Shown in pieces: positions 50,747 to 64,000 of a stretch of DNA of 64,000 nt. The notes beneath the pieces were generated by a model, which made no database searches, was not told the DNA's origin, and was given only the letters and a program-made list of their open reading frames with translations. A program made the position numbers and the translations under genes. Positions within the stretch are counted from its first letter, which is position 1, and each line of letters begins with the position of its first letter. The stretch lies in assembly GCA_000934665.2 (NCBI GenBank), contig KZ537992.1, positions 62,001-126,000 on the forward strand, read 5' to 3'. Origin of the DNA: Catajapyx aquilonaris (taxonomy: Eukaryota).

Positions 50747-53717
50747 TATGTAATATCAGGTTACATTTCGCATTAAATTCAATGTTGCGGAGGAAGTTTG
50801 TGTTGAACCACACATTTTACATGTAATTTTGGGACTCTAAAGGTGCGTTTACATGTGAGTGAGTAACCAATGTTGTTTGCGGTGAAAGTCAGCTGGGTTA
50901 CTCAGCGATGTTACCACTCGGTGAAGACTTCGATCGTCAAATCGCTCGCATGTAAGCGCACCGTGCAGTTAAATCTTCTGGAATGGATCAGGTTACATTT
51001 CGCTGTTGTGCTGGAACTTGGGGTTCAACTGAAGCGTTGGAACATTTTACGTTCAATTTGGAACCATAATTCGTTGTGAAATCTGCTGGAATGGATCAGA
51101 CTACATTTAACTGTTGCGGAGGAACTTGTGGTTGACCCTAATTGTTGGGTGGAACATTTCGAATTAAATTATTTGGTGTAAAATCATTGGCTTCGGCTTT
51201 ACTGTTGCAGAGGAACTTGGGATTGAACCGAAGCATTTACTGTCTTGTAGCACTGGCTGTTTACCAAGAGAAAAATACCAAGGGCACTTACGGCAAAGTG
51301 GGGGAATGGGGTGGGCTAGGATATTGATTGCATACACTATTCAGATAATTGCCTCTACTGGCCTGCGTAAACTGAGGCCAAGTACAATGTTTATGCCGTT
51401 TCGCTAGTAGTGGAGGTATTTTTCATTCAGTGCTTTAAGACATGTTCAAGGTTGTCAGAAATCATCGTAGGTGCATTTTGCAATAAATTGTAGAGACAAT
51501 TTAGTCATTCATAGAGGAATTACAGTGCCTAAATTAATATCTTGTGTAGTCCATGTAATGTGGGCTGCAGGACCTGAAGGTTGGGTGAGCCCGTATCCTC
51601 TTTCAAGTCCATGTAATGTTGGAATTAGGTGCAACAATGTAGAAGGGAGACAAGAGGCCTAAAGTTTGAAGCATGAGGTCATGGCACAAGGGAAATCCCC
51701 TCTGTAGTTTGATCTGATAAAAGTCACTTGTGATAGTGACGTAAAACCTGAGTCGACAATGCGCTATTGGTGGGACCGTATTCTGGGGGTACGGAGTTGT
51801 AAATATTTACTTAGCATTACAGTTTTGATATGCTTGCAAGATAAATTTTCATTGGCTACAGTACACAGTATATGTTGGCAGAAATATACAGCATTTTGTT
51901 GCAGGATTGAACTTTCAGATGTAAAGAGTTTGAGCACTATGCTGGGGATGAGATGTAAAGGAAAATCTTGTCATTGTAACATGTCCATTTGATTGATGCA
52001 GTCGGCTCTGTGTGAGAATTATCTTAAGGTTATTTAGTGCGTACTCACCAAAACGCAAGCAATTTTAAGAAGTATATTGACATTGTTGCTCACCTCATAA
52101 AAACGCATCACATTTTTATAAAAATAGTAGGCAAGGAATATGATTGCCTTTACATAACAAATAAGGGAACGCACAAATATTTAAAGAGCAAGCAATAGTG
52201 CTACTGTATGTCAAAATGTTATAATAATACTAATCAATATGACGGAAAGCAAAAATGCTTGAGCGTACAAGATTGTCAGAGGTTTTACAATGAATTGATG
52301 ATGGGAATGATTGATCTGTGTGATGAAAGGTTTACAGTCACGGCTTTTGACCAAGCTGACCACCTCTGGGTTCCAAGGTTCAACATGAGGATAAACCAAA
52401 TCATTTTCCTTGGGTAATGAGTTAGATAAGGCCTCTGCTGCCTTGTAAGTTTGTCGATTTCCTTCCCTTTAAGATTTTGTGTTACGAAGATGGGGGTTGT
52501 AAGGGGGGAAAATAAGTATCAAAAGTGCCCATTCATTATAATTAATTAAAAATTGAAATTCATCCTATAACTGGTGCTAGTCCTAATGGACCTTTTCACG
52601 TACACCTGTAATCAAATTTAAATTGTTTAATGCTCGCTGGTTCCAGTTTATCGCATGACTATTTCTACCAAGTCATTTTCAAGTCGAAATAGGTCTCCCG
52701 AAATTTTTTGCCAGCTGTTTCATTTGATTTTTTTTTAACTGGTGAATCATAGGTGTGTTCACAGTTATATGTAGAACATGATGAATAGTACTGTTGGGAT
52801 TACTGTCTGGTAATTTTAAAGAGTGAAACAGATTGCGTTTTGCATAAGATGTGATTGCTGCATGTCCGATTGGAAAATGGGACTTGCTTCGTGGTGGGCG
52901 TGCCTCTCAGATTGTCTTGTAAACATGGAGAATGGTTGACTCGAACGCAATTATCAATGCAGAATTGGCAGTGTGCAATTCAGAGCGATTTATTCTCGCT
53001 GCCAAATCGATCTGACTGGCAGACAGAAATGTTCGAGCTTCCGTGAAGTGTAATTGACATAGTTAAAAAAATTAATGACAGAATGAGTTCGTTTTACTTA
53101 AGGTCCGTAGCCAACTAGAAACATCCAGCCTTGCTTGGGTGTTGTTGAGGTGTGGGAATTTCTTGAAACTTGATTTGAAAACGTGCATGAGGAAGTTGAG
53201 TGGAAATACCTGATAACAATTTGTGCATCACCTGCTATCTGTTTACAGATGTGCTTATCTTTTTTTTCCCCACTAGTCCGTGAAAGTTCAGCTCCCAGTT
53301 GAGAAGCCCCAAAAACTGCCGGACTCTCGAGGTAAGAGTTTGACCTTCACTTTGGTTGATGGCCCTCCCTTACTAGCTTACCTTCCTAAATACAAAAAAA
53401 AAAAAGGACCACTACCACCTACACACAAAAAATGGTTCTGCATCATTCAGTGTCATGGCCTTGGGCGTAGTAGTGGGAGCTTGTCTCACTTAGGGAAATG
53501 TTAATGTGTACATCGGTTGCATACGAGAACACTTGGCCTGATGATTTCATCTTCTGTTGTGCCGATCTGATCGGTGTTTTAATAATTTTTCAACCACGTT
53601 TTTTGTTGTTTTTTTTCCAGAGCCGGTGGTCCAGTAGTCGTGCCCCTCCAGGCCAGACAGTAAAGCTGTCTAGGATTATTTTCACGAGGGTAAGCCAGAG
53701 CGAAACATCTTGGGGAA

Positions 53718-56700
53718 ATGGTCATGGAAGAAACACCGAGCCCACACTTGGTCGGCATTGAATTTGTGCGGCAGTACTACACGATGCTCAACCATGCCCC
53801 GCTGCACCTGCATCGGTAAGGCTCCTTTTACGAGTGTTTTCAAAGGCAGTGTAGCACTAAATAAAAAGCACGGCCAACCATCGCATGTTATGTTCGCAGT
53901 ATGTTTAATTTTGTATCATTGAGCTGCCGATTTATGTAGTACCCATAACTTAACCTTGTTCCTGCCTCTCCTCAACAGATTCTACAATGACAACTCGTCA
54001 TTTGTGCATGGCGGCATGGACACGGTTAACCGTGAGGCTAAGCCAGTGTATGGCCAGCATGATATCCACCAGAAGATCATGCAGCTGAACTTCCGTGACT
54101 GCCATGCTAAGATCCTGCAGGTGGACTCGCACGCGACCCTTGGGGATGGCGTTGTGATTCAGGTCAGCGGCGAGCTGTCCAACAACGGGCAGCCGATGAG
54201 GAGGTTCATGCAGACCTTCGTTCTCGCTCTGCAGTCGCCCAAGAAGTACTACGTCCACAACGACATCTTTCGCTACCAGGTATGAGCATTTGAAGCTCAT
54301 TAACAGTTGTTGAAATGAAATTTTTTTAAAGGATCCTGAGTGCCTTCTGTAACTTTTTGAAACCTAAAAATATTGTCAGGTGGCCCGATTTTTCCAATCA
54401 GGCAGTAAGCACTGCATGACCATTTTTTAAATGAAACAGTTCGGAACAACATGGATATTAAAAATTATTATTGAACGGCATGACAAAACTGGTCCTGTTT
54501 GTGTCGTTAACCAGTTTCATGCAGGTAATTCGTGAATTTTGTCCATACCAACCAAGAGGAATGATACGAATGAAACGTGTAATGTACGGAAAATGAGAGA
54601 ACGATCTGAAGGTTTCCGTGGAAATACCCTCACAGATCAATACGAGTAAACAGTGTCAACAAAAAGCAACGAGGGAAGAAACTATGACATCAGATCGTTC
54701 TCTTGTTTTCCGTACATTATTAATGCAGCTGTCTGAATCAAGACGGACAGGTACGCATTGTTCATGGCAAGGCCTTCCACAGCCAAGTGTGAAACAGCAG
54801 GGTTGAGACCTTGCGTGGTGCTCTAGTGAGCTGATAGGTCTACGACCTGAGGCCTCTCGGGGAAAACATAAATGCATAAAACTGTTATGCTTGATTACTC
54901 TGAAAGGCTTCGTACACACTACTTGCCATAAAATATGGCAATGCAAGGGATTACAAATACATAATGAATTATTAATGCTTGTGTTACATGCCGCCGAAAT
55001 TAGCTCACTGTTGTACAGAACAAAATGTCGTGATTGTGTGTAAATCATATAAATCCTGCTACGGTACTAGTGGGAAGGGTATTGCCTTCGATTCTCCTGC
55101 CTTTCTGCTACGTGACAGGTATTCTCATGTGCAAAATAGCTTGACCTTGACATAGTTCGCAAACTATGTCAATGTAGATGTGGGCTAACTTCGATCTATA
55201 TTATGCATGGCAAAATCATTAAGTACATTTATCGTATTTGATTGCATACAAGTGCACTGTCTTCCCTGAAAAATGACTCAAATAATCGCATCGTAATACG
55301 AATGTGCATTATTATTATTATTTTTTTTTTTCCTGAATATGATCTGCTGAAATGGATATGCCGGCAAATGTGGTACTTTCGAGCCCAATCAAGTTGAACA
55401 TGGTCGCCCAACAATAAAGAATAAGGGGTTTTGGCAGTGCTTGTGCTTCACCGCCGCAATCTCCACTGTTTAAAACCACATATGCTTATGATATGTCTTG
55501 TCCCCAGATTATGACCCGAAGTGTGAGTTTTCCCTTCTCTTTTTCAGGACGTTATCTTTGATGATGAGGAAGATGAGGAAGGGGTAGGTGCTGATCAAGG
55601 CGGTGTTCGCTCTGAGGGAGAGGATCCTGAAGATGAGATCCCTGCCACGTCCGCACCCCCTGCAACCATGGGGGCTGCTCCTCAGACTGTGGGGGCCACA
55701 CCCGATGCTGTTCCGGCGCCAGCTCCAGCCCCTGAGCCTACTTACTATGACTCGGCAGCCCAGCAGGCTCCTGCTCCAACGATGAACGGCTCTGCCCACC
55801 CTGATGACTCCCACCATCTGGTTTCTGCCCCTGCGCCGCCTGGGACGAGCCAAGGCCAGAGGGGAGGGCAGATTGGAGCCGTGGCTGTGGTGGCCCCGAT
55901 GCCACCAACTGCCCCTGCTCCCGCTCCAGCCCCTGCCCCAACTCCCATCGTTGGGACTGTTGCACCGATGCAGCCCAGAGTGCCCCCCCAGGTGAGCTCA
56001 TGTGTGGCGTTTTGGAATGAGCCTATTAATAATGATGGCAATGCCGGAGTTACTTACAATTTTGTGCGTGATGACAGCAGGTGACGCAAGTATCGTCCAG
56101 CTCTTCGAGCTCGTCCTCAAGCTCGCTGACTTCATCCCAGGGGCAGGCCATAGCTCCAACTATGACCCAGCTGGTGCCAGGTGGTGTTGCCGCTAGTGCA
56201 GCGTGCCAGGCTCAGGATGACCAGAAGGGAGGTGACGCCGTCAGCAGCAATGCTAGGCCGCACACACCAGAGCCAATCGAGGAAGTGCAGCAGGAGCCAG
56301 GTAAAGAGGGAACCTTGGATGACTCTTTCAGAAGCTCAGTTGTTTAAAGTTGTCAGAAATTCTGGGTTGTTGGTTCCAAGGCTGATGGTCCGAGTTAAAT
56401 CTAGAGCAAGGGATTAATCTTAAGTGAGTAATATGCATAACCACTTGTTTTGGATTACTACATGATTAGTTTGCTGCGTTGCCGTAGCGCAAATTGTAAA
56501 GCTGCCTACTACTAACGCTTTTCTGTTCCAGTGTCGAACGAGCCCAAGACTTATGCTAACCTGGTCAAGACTGGAGGTGTGTTCAACAGCGGCTTTTCGG
56601 GAGGTATCTCCGCTCCCGCTTCGTCAGCAACATCAGCATCCATGGCTGGAAAGATGGCAGTCTCTCCTGTCAGTGGGACGGTATGTGTCAGCAGTGGGAA

Positions 56701-59266
56701 ATATTCGAGTGGTGTGGATGGCGAAATTGCATATCAAATTAATTTGGTCCCGCTTTTGTAAAGTATGGGTAAAAATACGTATGTGGCATGAACTGTTTGC
56801 CAGCCAGTCGACATGTAGGTGGAACAGTGGGAGGAGCAGCACAAGCAAATTCGTAGGGTGTGATGACACTGGTAGAATATTTTTTCCACTGCATTCTTCA
56901 TCCAGGAATTTGTGATGAAGCATTATTGAGATTAGATCTAGCAACTTGGCAGTTCCTAGAGGCAAACAGGATGTGGCTTGTTGGATGCTAGCCGTGCTTG
57001 CTTGCTTAATAAAATATGGTTGTGTTGCAGAACTCTGAATCTGGCATGCACACGCTCGGCCAGACCATGTCCCGCATGGAGCTGAAGGACGTGCCTGTTG
57101 GCGGAAACACTGGAAGCAGCCCTGGCGCAGGTGGCATGGGAGGCGGCGGAAGTGTGGGCGGCAGCAGCACTGGAGGAGGTGGCGGCAGCGTTGGAGGGAG
57201 CGGAAGCGGGGGTGGATTTGGGATGGGAATGCAGGGCCCCCGCATGCCCAGAACCAGGGGTGGTCCTGGGGGAGGTGGCCCCATGAGGGGAGGCCTCAGG
57301 AGTGACAGGGGCCCCGGAAGGGGGAACCCGGATGACGGAGGGGACAACTGGATGAGCCTCGGTGATTCTCGTCCCCAGAATAATTACGGTAAGGGTGTTT
57401 GGGATATGGGCGTCACACTTGACTGATGCATTAGTGATGCTAAGCTCCCTCTGAACCCTCCGAGGCAATGCTTTATAAATGGCACCTTGGTTTCCTATGT
57501 GGGAGAGAGTAAAATCGGTGGGAATAGTCCGACTAGAAGAGGCGTCAGCTTGCTCAAATCGCTCATGCCTTGTCGGCTAATCCTTCCACATGTCATTCTT
57601 GTCTTAACGTAACATTGATATAAGAACAAACGCAGCTTACTTAATGGGCTTCTTCAGTTGTCCTGCTGTTTTAAAGCAGAGGTTAAATTGAAAAGGCAAG
57701 GCTTCAGAATTTCTGAAATAGGAAGTGCTGAAGTTATTATCAGTACAAGATGTGAGTGGATAAAGCGGGTTGGTGATCCTGCTCTCATTCTTTCCTGGCA
57801 GGGAGCTCCAGCGGTGGTGATGGTGACAGGCGTCGCAGCGTGAACAGCGGCCACTTGTATGCCGACAGCCAGCAGCTCTTTGTGGGGAACCTCCCGCACC
57901 ATGTGGGACAGGACGATCTCAAGGTGAGACCCAGGAATGACGAAAGAGTTTGTGCCAACATTTGTGTCACAAGGTTCAAAAGGGGACAACATTATTTTAA
58001 ACTTGGGAGATAGTAAGTTACCATGTACTTCTCTGATCACAGGAATTGTTTGGGAGGTTCGGCACTGTCCTGGAGGTTCGGATCAGCAGCAAGGCGGGAA
58101 TGAAGACGGTTTCTGGCGGCAGGGTCCCCAACTACAGCTTTGTTGTCTTTGACGACGAGACGACAGTTCAGGCTGTGCTTAACAACAAGGTAGGTCGTCA
58201 CTAGAAATATATTACGTAAGCTAAGGACACCTGCCTAATCGAGTTTCTACATTCTGCGGGAAAAAAATTACTGAACGCCTTTGGTTTTTTTGTACATCAG
58301 TAGGGGACAAGTTTCCACTGCAGGCGATTAGATGTAGGGTGAAGTGTGCTAGGCTCCCTCTGAACCCTCCGAGGCAATGCTTTATAAATGGCACCTTGGT
58401 TTCCTATGTGGGAGAGAGTAAAATCGGTGGGAATAGTCCGACTAGAAGAGGCGTCAGCTTGCTCAAATCGCTCATGCCTTGTCGGCTAATCCTTCCACAT
58501 GTCATTCTTGTCTTAACGTAACATTGATATAAGAACAAACGCAGCTTCCTCAATGGGCTTCTTCAGTTGTCTTATTACGCTGCTGTTTTAAAGCAGAGGT
58601 TAAATTGAAAAGGCAAGGCTTCAGAATTTCTGAAATGGGAAGTGCTGAAGTTATCATCTTATAGCCATGGTTGTTTTGACTTCTTCCTAATAAACCATAA
58701 CTCGGTTACATACAAAATATGTAAGATGTAATGGATTTTTCATTTGTGTCCCCTAAAGCCTCATTTACATGTGAGCAATTCGCTCAGCGAAGAGTAGCAC
58801 TGACAAGTGAGTGATGAATCCAATTGTTTGGGGTGGACGTATCAATTGATTTTCGACCCCCCCAAACAATTGGATTCGTCGCTCACATGTAAATGCAGCC
58901 TTAATGGCTTGAATGGCTAGTTGTGACAGCAATGTTTTCATTTTGCAGCCCTTCTACCTGAAGAGTCTCCAAGGCCAGGACCACAAGCTGAACGTGGAGG
59001 AGAAAAAGACACGGATGCGCAACGAGGGAGGAGGTGGGGGAGGGATGCGGATGGGCGGGGGTGATCCCAATCGCCCGCCGATGGGACGTGTCGGAGGAGG
59101 GATGGGAAGGGGAGGTGGGATGGGCGGAGGTGGAATGAGGGGCGGGAGGGGAGGCGGAATGGGAGGAGGTTACGCAGGTAGGGGCGGAGGAGGAGGAGGA
59201 AGCGGAGATGGGCGTGGGGGCATGCGAGGCGGCGGTGGCGGCTTCAACAACCGCCAGTCTCGCTAG
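53718..59266 (+). CDS. G3BP: G3BP/Rasputin stress-granule nucleator (NTF2-like, acidic, Pro-rich, RRM, RGG)
   Basis: [78 protein letters not shown] tail. Exons approx 53718-53815, 53980-54279, 55548-55991, 56081-56300, 56532-56668/56680, 57031-57388, 57802-57923, 58043-58189, 58949-59266. Probable 5' UTR exons near 49900-50058 and 53277-53331; AATAAA at ~61792. Confidence 0.95.
57445..57593 (+). ncRNA. Candidate box H/ACA snoRNA, copy A (G3BP intron)
   Basis: Hairpin 1 CTCCC..GGGAG with upper stem CCGAGG/CCTTGG and an open pocket; H box AGAGTA (57506-57511); hairpin 2 CCGAC/GTCGG; ACA followed by 3 nt at 57588; sense to the host gene. Confidence 0.7.
58354..58502 (+). ncRNA. Candidate box H/ACA snoRNA, copy B (a later G3BP intron)
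   Basis: Identical by eye to 57445-57593. Confidence 0.7.
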
Positions 59267-60313
59267 GAAGCGCATTAGTGCATTTTTTTTTTTTCTCCCC
59301 CATGCCTGCCACACCTTTTTTGAAGGAAGGGCGCCTTTTTATGATGGGGGGGTTCGCTTTGAACGCTCTGGAGAGCACCACTGGTGATCACACACCCAGC
59401 TGCGTAACATATCGGCAGAGTGCAAGGAGTAACTGCATACATGCTTTTACTTGAATATAGTACGGTTATTTCTTGGGCTGCGCTTGATAGGTTAATCATC
59501 GGCTGTGGAAGTGGTCGAAATAAGGAGGCTCTCAAAGCGTTCAAATGACGGCACTTATGCACTTCAATGGAAGGTGTCCTTTCCCACCCATCTCTACCGT
59601 TCTTTTTTTTTTTTTTGTAATTGTATTTTTTGTTCTCTGGCCTGTGCATTTTTTTAATTTTTTTTTGTAGTTCATGGGCCATTTTCCCCCATCCACCTCT
59701 CCTCCAAAAGCGAAAGCTGGACTTTTTACAAGTTGATCACATAGGACTGAGGTGCAGCCATATTTATGTTGCAACTTGAATCATAACAAGTGAAAATGAG
59801 GTTTCTGTTGATTTTTATAAAAAAAAAAAACAACGTGCAGAGGGGGAAGCTGGGGGGGGGATCGTCGTTTCGCAATAGAAAATTGCTTGCGGCTGGTACC
59901 ATTCAATAGAAATTGACATTGACCAAGGACTGCTCAGTTGTGTGGTGATTTTCTTTTTTGGTTCCTCTCTCGACTCTCTCTACATGTACGCTGGGGGGGG
60001 GAAAAGCCAACCCGGAACTCTTTCATGTACGGAAAAAAGGATAGTGCAAACCCGAACACAAACTCACTATGTACGACGAAAGGGGAAATTATTAAGGTGC
60101 TGTGTGATTTATTTTGTGTGTGTGTTGTTGATGTGTTTTTTTTGTTGTTTTTTTTTGAGGGGAGGGGTGGGTGGGGAAAAAGGGGCTTGAGGGTAACTAC
60201 AAAATGATGCCAAAATTTTTCTGTTTCCTGGATTTTGTGTTTTAATATATTTTTTTTTCCCTCGATGCTGTGAAAAACACTCACTATTATGCAATTTATG
60301 TGTTGTCTATACT

Positions 60314-60370
60314 NNNNNNNNNNNNNNNNNNNNNNNNNNNNNNNNNNNNNNNNNNNNNNNNNNNNNNNNN
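60314..60370. other. Assembly gap (N run) next to a (TC)n repeat
   Basis: Run of Ns. Confidence 0.99.
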
Positions 60371-62057
60371 TCTCTCTCTCTCTCACATTAGTGTGACCAA
60401 CATGTGTCTTTTTATACCCGCTCCCGCCCCTCTCTCCTCAATCCTTCGTCACACCAAATTCCCATCCCTGCCACTTACGACCTGTTTAGATTTTTAAATG
60501 AACGATGGCCTGTTGTGAGTGTGAGATTTTTTCGTTAATTTTTATATTGAAAAGAAAAAAAAGTTAGGTAGATTTGTTTCCCCCCCCCCCTGGCCCGCCT
60601 TCGTGTTAGTTTTTGTTTCCCTCCCCCCAATCCCAACGTAACTTTATCAAGTTAGTTTTCCTGACATCTCTCATGTAACTAGTCACAACCATTGCTTCCA
60701 TCAGTGCGTTGGGACAGGAATGTAAAAGTGCGATGACTACTACAACAAAAAAAAAACCATGGTTGTTTTTGCCTCCGCCCAAGTCCCTCAGTGCCGACAG
60801 AAAAATGCTTAAACAAAACATAATAATAACTAGTCTGAGATAAGTAAAATAGTGCAGGAAATTTACCAACAAATAAGTTTGAGCCCCCCCCCCCCAATTT
60901 TTTTAAGGAAAACCTAGCGTGAATGTGTGATGTTTTTTTATTTCACGTATTGTAATGCGGATTGAGAAGGTTGTCCCATATTTTTTGCGATAAAGGTGGT
61001 TTTTTTTTTCGGCCTTTTGCTAAAACGTGGAATGATCTTCGCCGGTTCACCGGTTACATTTTTTTTTCACACAGTTCGTTGCGAGAACCTCCCCCGCTTG
61101 TGAGGCAGGAGTAAATCCAGTTGGAATGCAAGGAACCGACAACCAATATTAATTTTTTTTTTTGCAATTGCGGCTTAGTGTATGGAGTGTATTTATTGTT
61201 GTTTAAAAGTGGGTTTAATTTTTTTTGTCGTTTCCCCGTTTTTATTTTATATTTCCTCCCACCGCCCCGTCCCCAGTGGTTGCTTGCATGCCAACTTGCG
61301 GATTTGTCCGCCTCTTGCGTCCTCCTTATTTTCTCCGCCTCCCCCCACCTTTTTTTGTCCATTAAACGTCGTGGATTATTCAGTTGCCCTCCACCAGTAC
61401 TGCTCTTAGTGTACATAAACGAAGTTATTTTCCACATGCTCCTGCTTTTTTTTTTAAATATACATAAAACAAAGAAAGAAAATTCTGATGTCTGTCTGGA
61501 TTACTACAGTTAATATTTTATACCTGTTCCTTTTTGATAACGGTGAGGGGTAACTGCAGTGTGATAGCGTGCGTGTGTGTGTGTGTCGAATGCCGGGGCG
61601 TACTGATGGGGTAATAAGCTGGGTGGGGGTTCGGGAGGGCTTAGGGAGGAGGCAGCAGGGTATTAATCGAATAAGTGGAAAAAAGAAATGGACATTGTTG
61701 AGTTTTTTTTGGTTGGAGTGATGGTGAAGCGCAACTTTTTTTTTTTGTTGTCTTGAAGCGACCTTTTTTTTTTTTGTCATGATGGACTTTCAATAAAAAT
61801 TCCAGTTGTAAAGTGCTGGGTTTTTAATCAAGTCGATTCGTCAGGAGTTCTCATTACCAAGTTCATGACCTCCCCCCCCCATCCCGGTTGTATGATTGTC
61901 GGCTGGGGCATAACCTCTTCACTCTTGTGTCCGCTACGTTGCTCAGCGGATTGGTAACATTTCGTGCAAATTGTCTGTGACAACGGCCAGACACTGCGAC
62001 GTTGCCTGTTGGCATGTTCATTTAATAAGAAATAACTGAACATGCCAGCAAGTGTGC

Positions 62058-62352
62058 ATCTACACAAATAAAAGGCGAAGTTTGTTTGTTTATCAATTTC
62101 ATACCCATTTTTTAAGTTTTCTAATAGAATTATTTTATTGGAAAACTAAAAGTGGGTATGAAATTGCCAAACAACCTTTGCCTTTTATATGTGCACTACT
62201 GGCATGTTCAGTTATTTAGACTCAAATGGATATGAAGTTGTCCAACAAACAAACGTTGCCTTTTATACGTGTAGATACACACTGCCATGTTCATTAGTGA
62301 CTCATATGGGCATGGTCCAAACGAACAAGCTTTGCCTTTTATATGTATAGAT
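62058..62352. mobile_element. Cluster of Helitron-like 5'-end fragments in both orientations
   Basis: atctacacaaataaaaggcgaagtttgtttg (+), and reverse complements aaacgttgccttttatacgtgtagat and gctttgccttttatatgtatagat, similar to the 12986 terminus. Confidence 0.5.
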
Positions 62353-63385
62353 GCAGACTGGACACTTTGCAGCCATATATTTCTTCCTCTTGCAAAGTGG
62401 AAGATATTGTGTGATGTGTGGAAGTGTGTGTGGGTGGGTGGCCACGTTGGCACTTGGCACACACCCAGTCTTTTTTCCCCTCCCAGCTCCTCCTCCTCCT
62501 CCAGAGCTGCAGACTTAACCTTAAACGCCCCACGCCCAATGCCACACCAATCTTTGAGCTGAGGGCCACTCTTTTGCATAAGCCAGAATTAGATTCCGTC
62601 CTGAAAGACCCCCCCTGGTCTCAAGTAACGGGGGCAGACGTGAGCACAGATTCGATTTCAAACAGAGGTCACAAGGGTCATGCCATTCTAACACCACCAC
62701 CCACCCAACGAAAAATACTAAAAAGTATCGGACAATGTGTAGAATTGGCACTCTGTCCGCGGCGAGTCATCACATGCCCCCCCCCCTGAGAGTGGCAATA
62801 CGGCTATTCAATACGCCATCTTTTGTGATGGTTATGGTACAGTGTTGGCCAATAGTATAGGGATAAAAGAAACCTAAAGGGCCCATCTGCATCCAAAGGA
62901 ATGCGAGCAGAAAATGCATAAATAGGAAATGACACATCCTTCTTTTATTTTTTGCGAGCGAAATCTGCGCTGCTTGGAATCTGAAGCAGCTTTATTTTTT
63001 GTGTGTCTCCAGCCTGTGGCGGCCTCTCATCCTTCAGCTTCATATGGGCTGCACTGCCAACCAGGGTTTGACCTCACACCCTCCAAGCAGCCACGCCAAG
63101 CCCCCCACCAACCACCACCTCCAGTCCTCCTCCTTCCTTCCTTTTTTTTTTTTCCTCCACATCTTGGATGTTGTATCTTGAGGACACTCTCTACTAGTGG
63201 GAGAGCAGCAGTGCGAAGGAAAAGTTCAAGCTCACTTTCCATCCCGCATAGCCGGGGAATAACATCCGGATCTTCTGCCCCAATAAAAACTGTAAGTAAT
63301 TTTCATTTCAATTTGTCACATGATATAATCTGCAAAAAATGTAGTTTTTGAAAAAAATTAACAAATCATTATTAACCGAAAATAT

Positions 63386-63986
63386 TTAGCGCGTAGCTCA
63401 TGGTCAGAAAAGGATATCGTTTCGTTTTTACTGCGCTTTTTGGGATAGGATAGGAAATGAATTCGGCGGCTGTGGCCTATTATTTAAGGAAACAACTCCG
63501 GAATTCTCCTGGAGGAACCGTGGGAAACAACAGAAAGCCAGAGTTGCCGGCACCGGGATTCGAACCCAGGACCTCCCGATTAGCAGTCGGATACCATATC
63601 CCCTCGCGGCCACCACTGCTTCGGTGTTGCCATGTTAATAACGGTAGTGTTGTCATTGTAGCCCGTTGCCATGCAAACTTTGTTGTTGCCGTATTAATAA
63701 CTTTCTCGCCTTGGCAACCAAACCGAGCTATCACGGCAACAAGTTAACATGGCAACGGATTGCAGTGCTAACTTGCGCTGTTGCCAACAGGTTAGCTCAC
63801 TGCAATCCGTTGCCGTGTTAAGGTGTTGCTTTGGTGGCCCGCCATTGGGACCATGGGAAGATGTTGCCATGATAAGCGGTGTTAACTTGTTGTTGCCATG
63901 TCCAGTCCGTTGCCATGGTGACAAAACGTCCTAACCTGGACAAACAAACTAGCGAATCTCTTCGTCTTTTATAATATAACAAGAGA
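63386..63986 (-). mobile_element. Helitron-like element related to 12986-13953
   Basis: Minus-strand 5' A|TCTCTTG..ATAAAAGACGAAG..TTTGTTTGTCC; gttgccatg repeats; 3' ATGAGCTACGCGCTAA resembles ATGAGCTACACTGCTAG. Confidence 0.55.
63430..63619 (-). mobile_element. tRNA-derived SINE inserted in the Helitron-like element
   Basis: Minus-strand A-box-like gtggccgcgaggg; B box GGTTCGAATCCC (63555-63566); non-tRNA body. Confidence 0.75.
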
Positions 63987-64000
63987 TTTAAGGTAATGTT

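Noticed and set aside
55508..55547. 15-nt G3BP microexon or alternative acceptor
   Set aside because: The downstream intron would be only 25 nt, and the 40-nt extension shifts the frame
63540..63619. tRNA gene
   Set aside because: Has a B box but no complete cloverleaf and continues into a SINE body; the same applies to 50506-50570

Overview
This is eukaryotic (invertebrate, probably arthropod) genomic DNA with short introns, so the six-frame ORFs are mostly exon fragments. Genes reconstructed by eye: LIN54 (-), COPS4 (+), VDAC/porin (-), an intronless THAP-domain ORF (-), ISYNA1 (-), MTHFD2 (+), three tandem GRHPR-like paralogs (+), a spliced HMG-box plus C2H2 zinc-finger gene (-; only its last exon appears in the ORF track) and G3BP/Rasputin (+). 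Introns and intergenic DNA carry many small mobile elements: Tc1/mariner, piggyBac and Harbinger-type MITEs, Helitron-like elements, tRNA-derived SINEs and a ~250 bp RTE-derived retroelement. The most notable observations are: a duplicated H/ACA snoRNA-like RNA in two G3BP introns; a ~20-copy TxxxGGCA array between the THAP gene and the VDAC promoter; a possible ACG start codon in LIN54; a 9-nt GT..AG intron remnant in COPS4; and a divergent third GRHPR ending in a CaaX-like motif. Exon coordinates are manual and approximate. No database searches were run.
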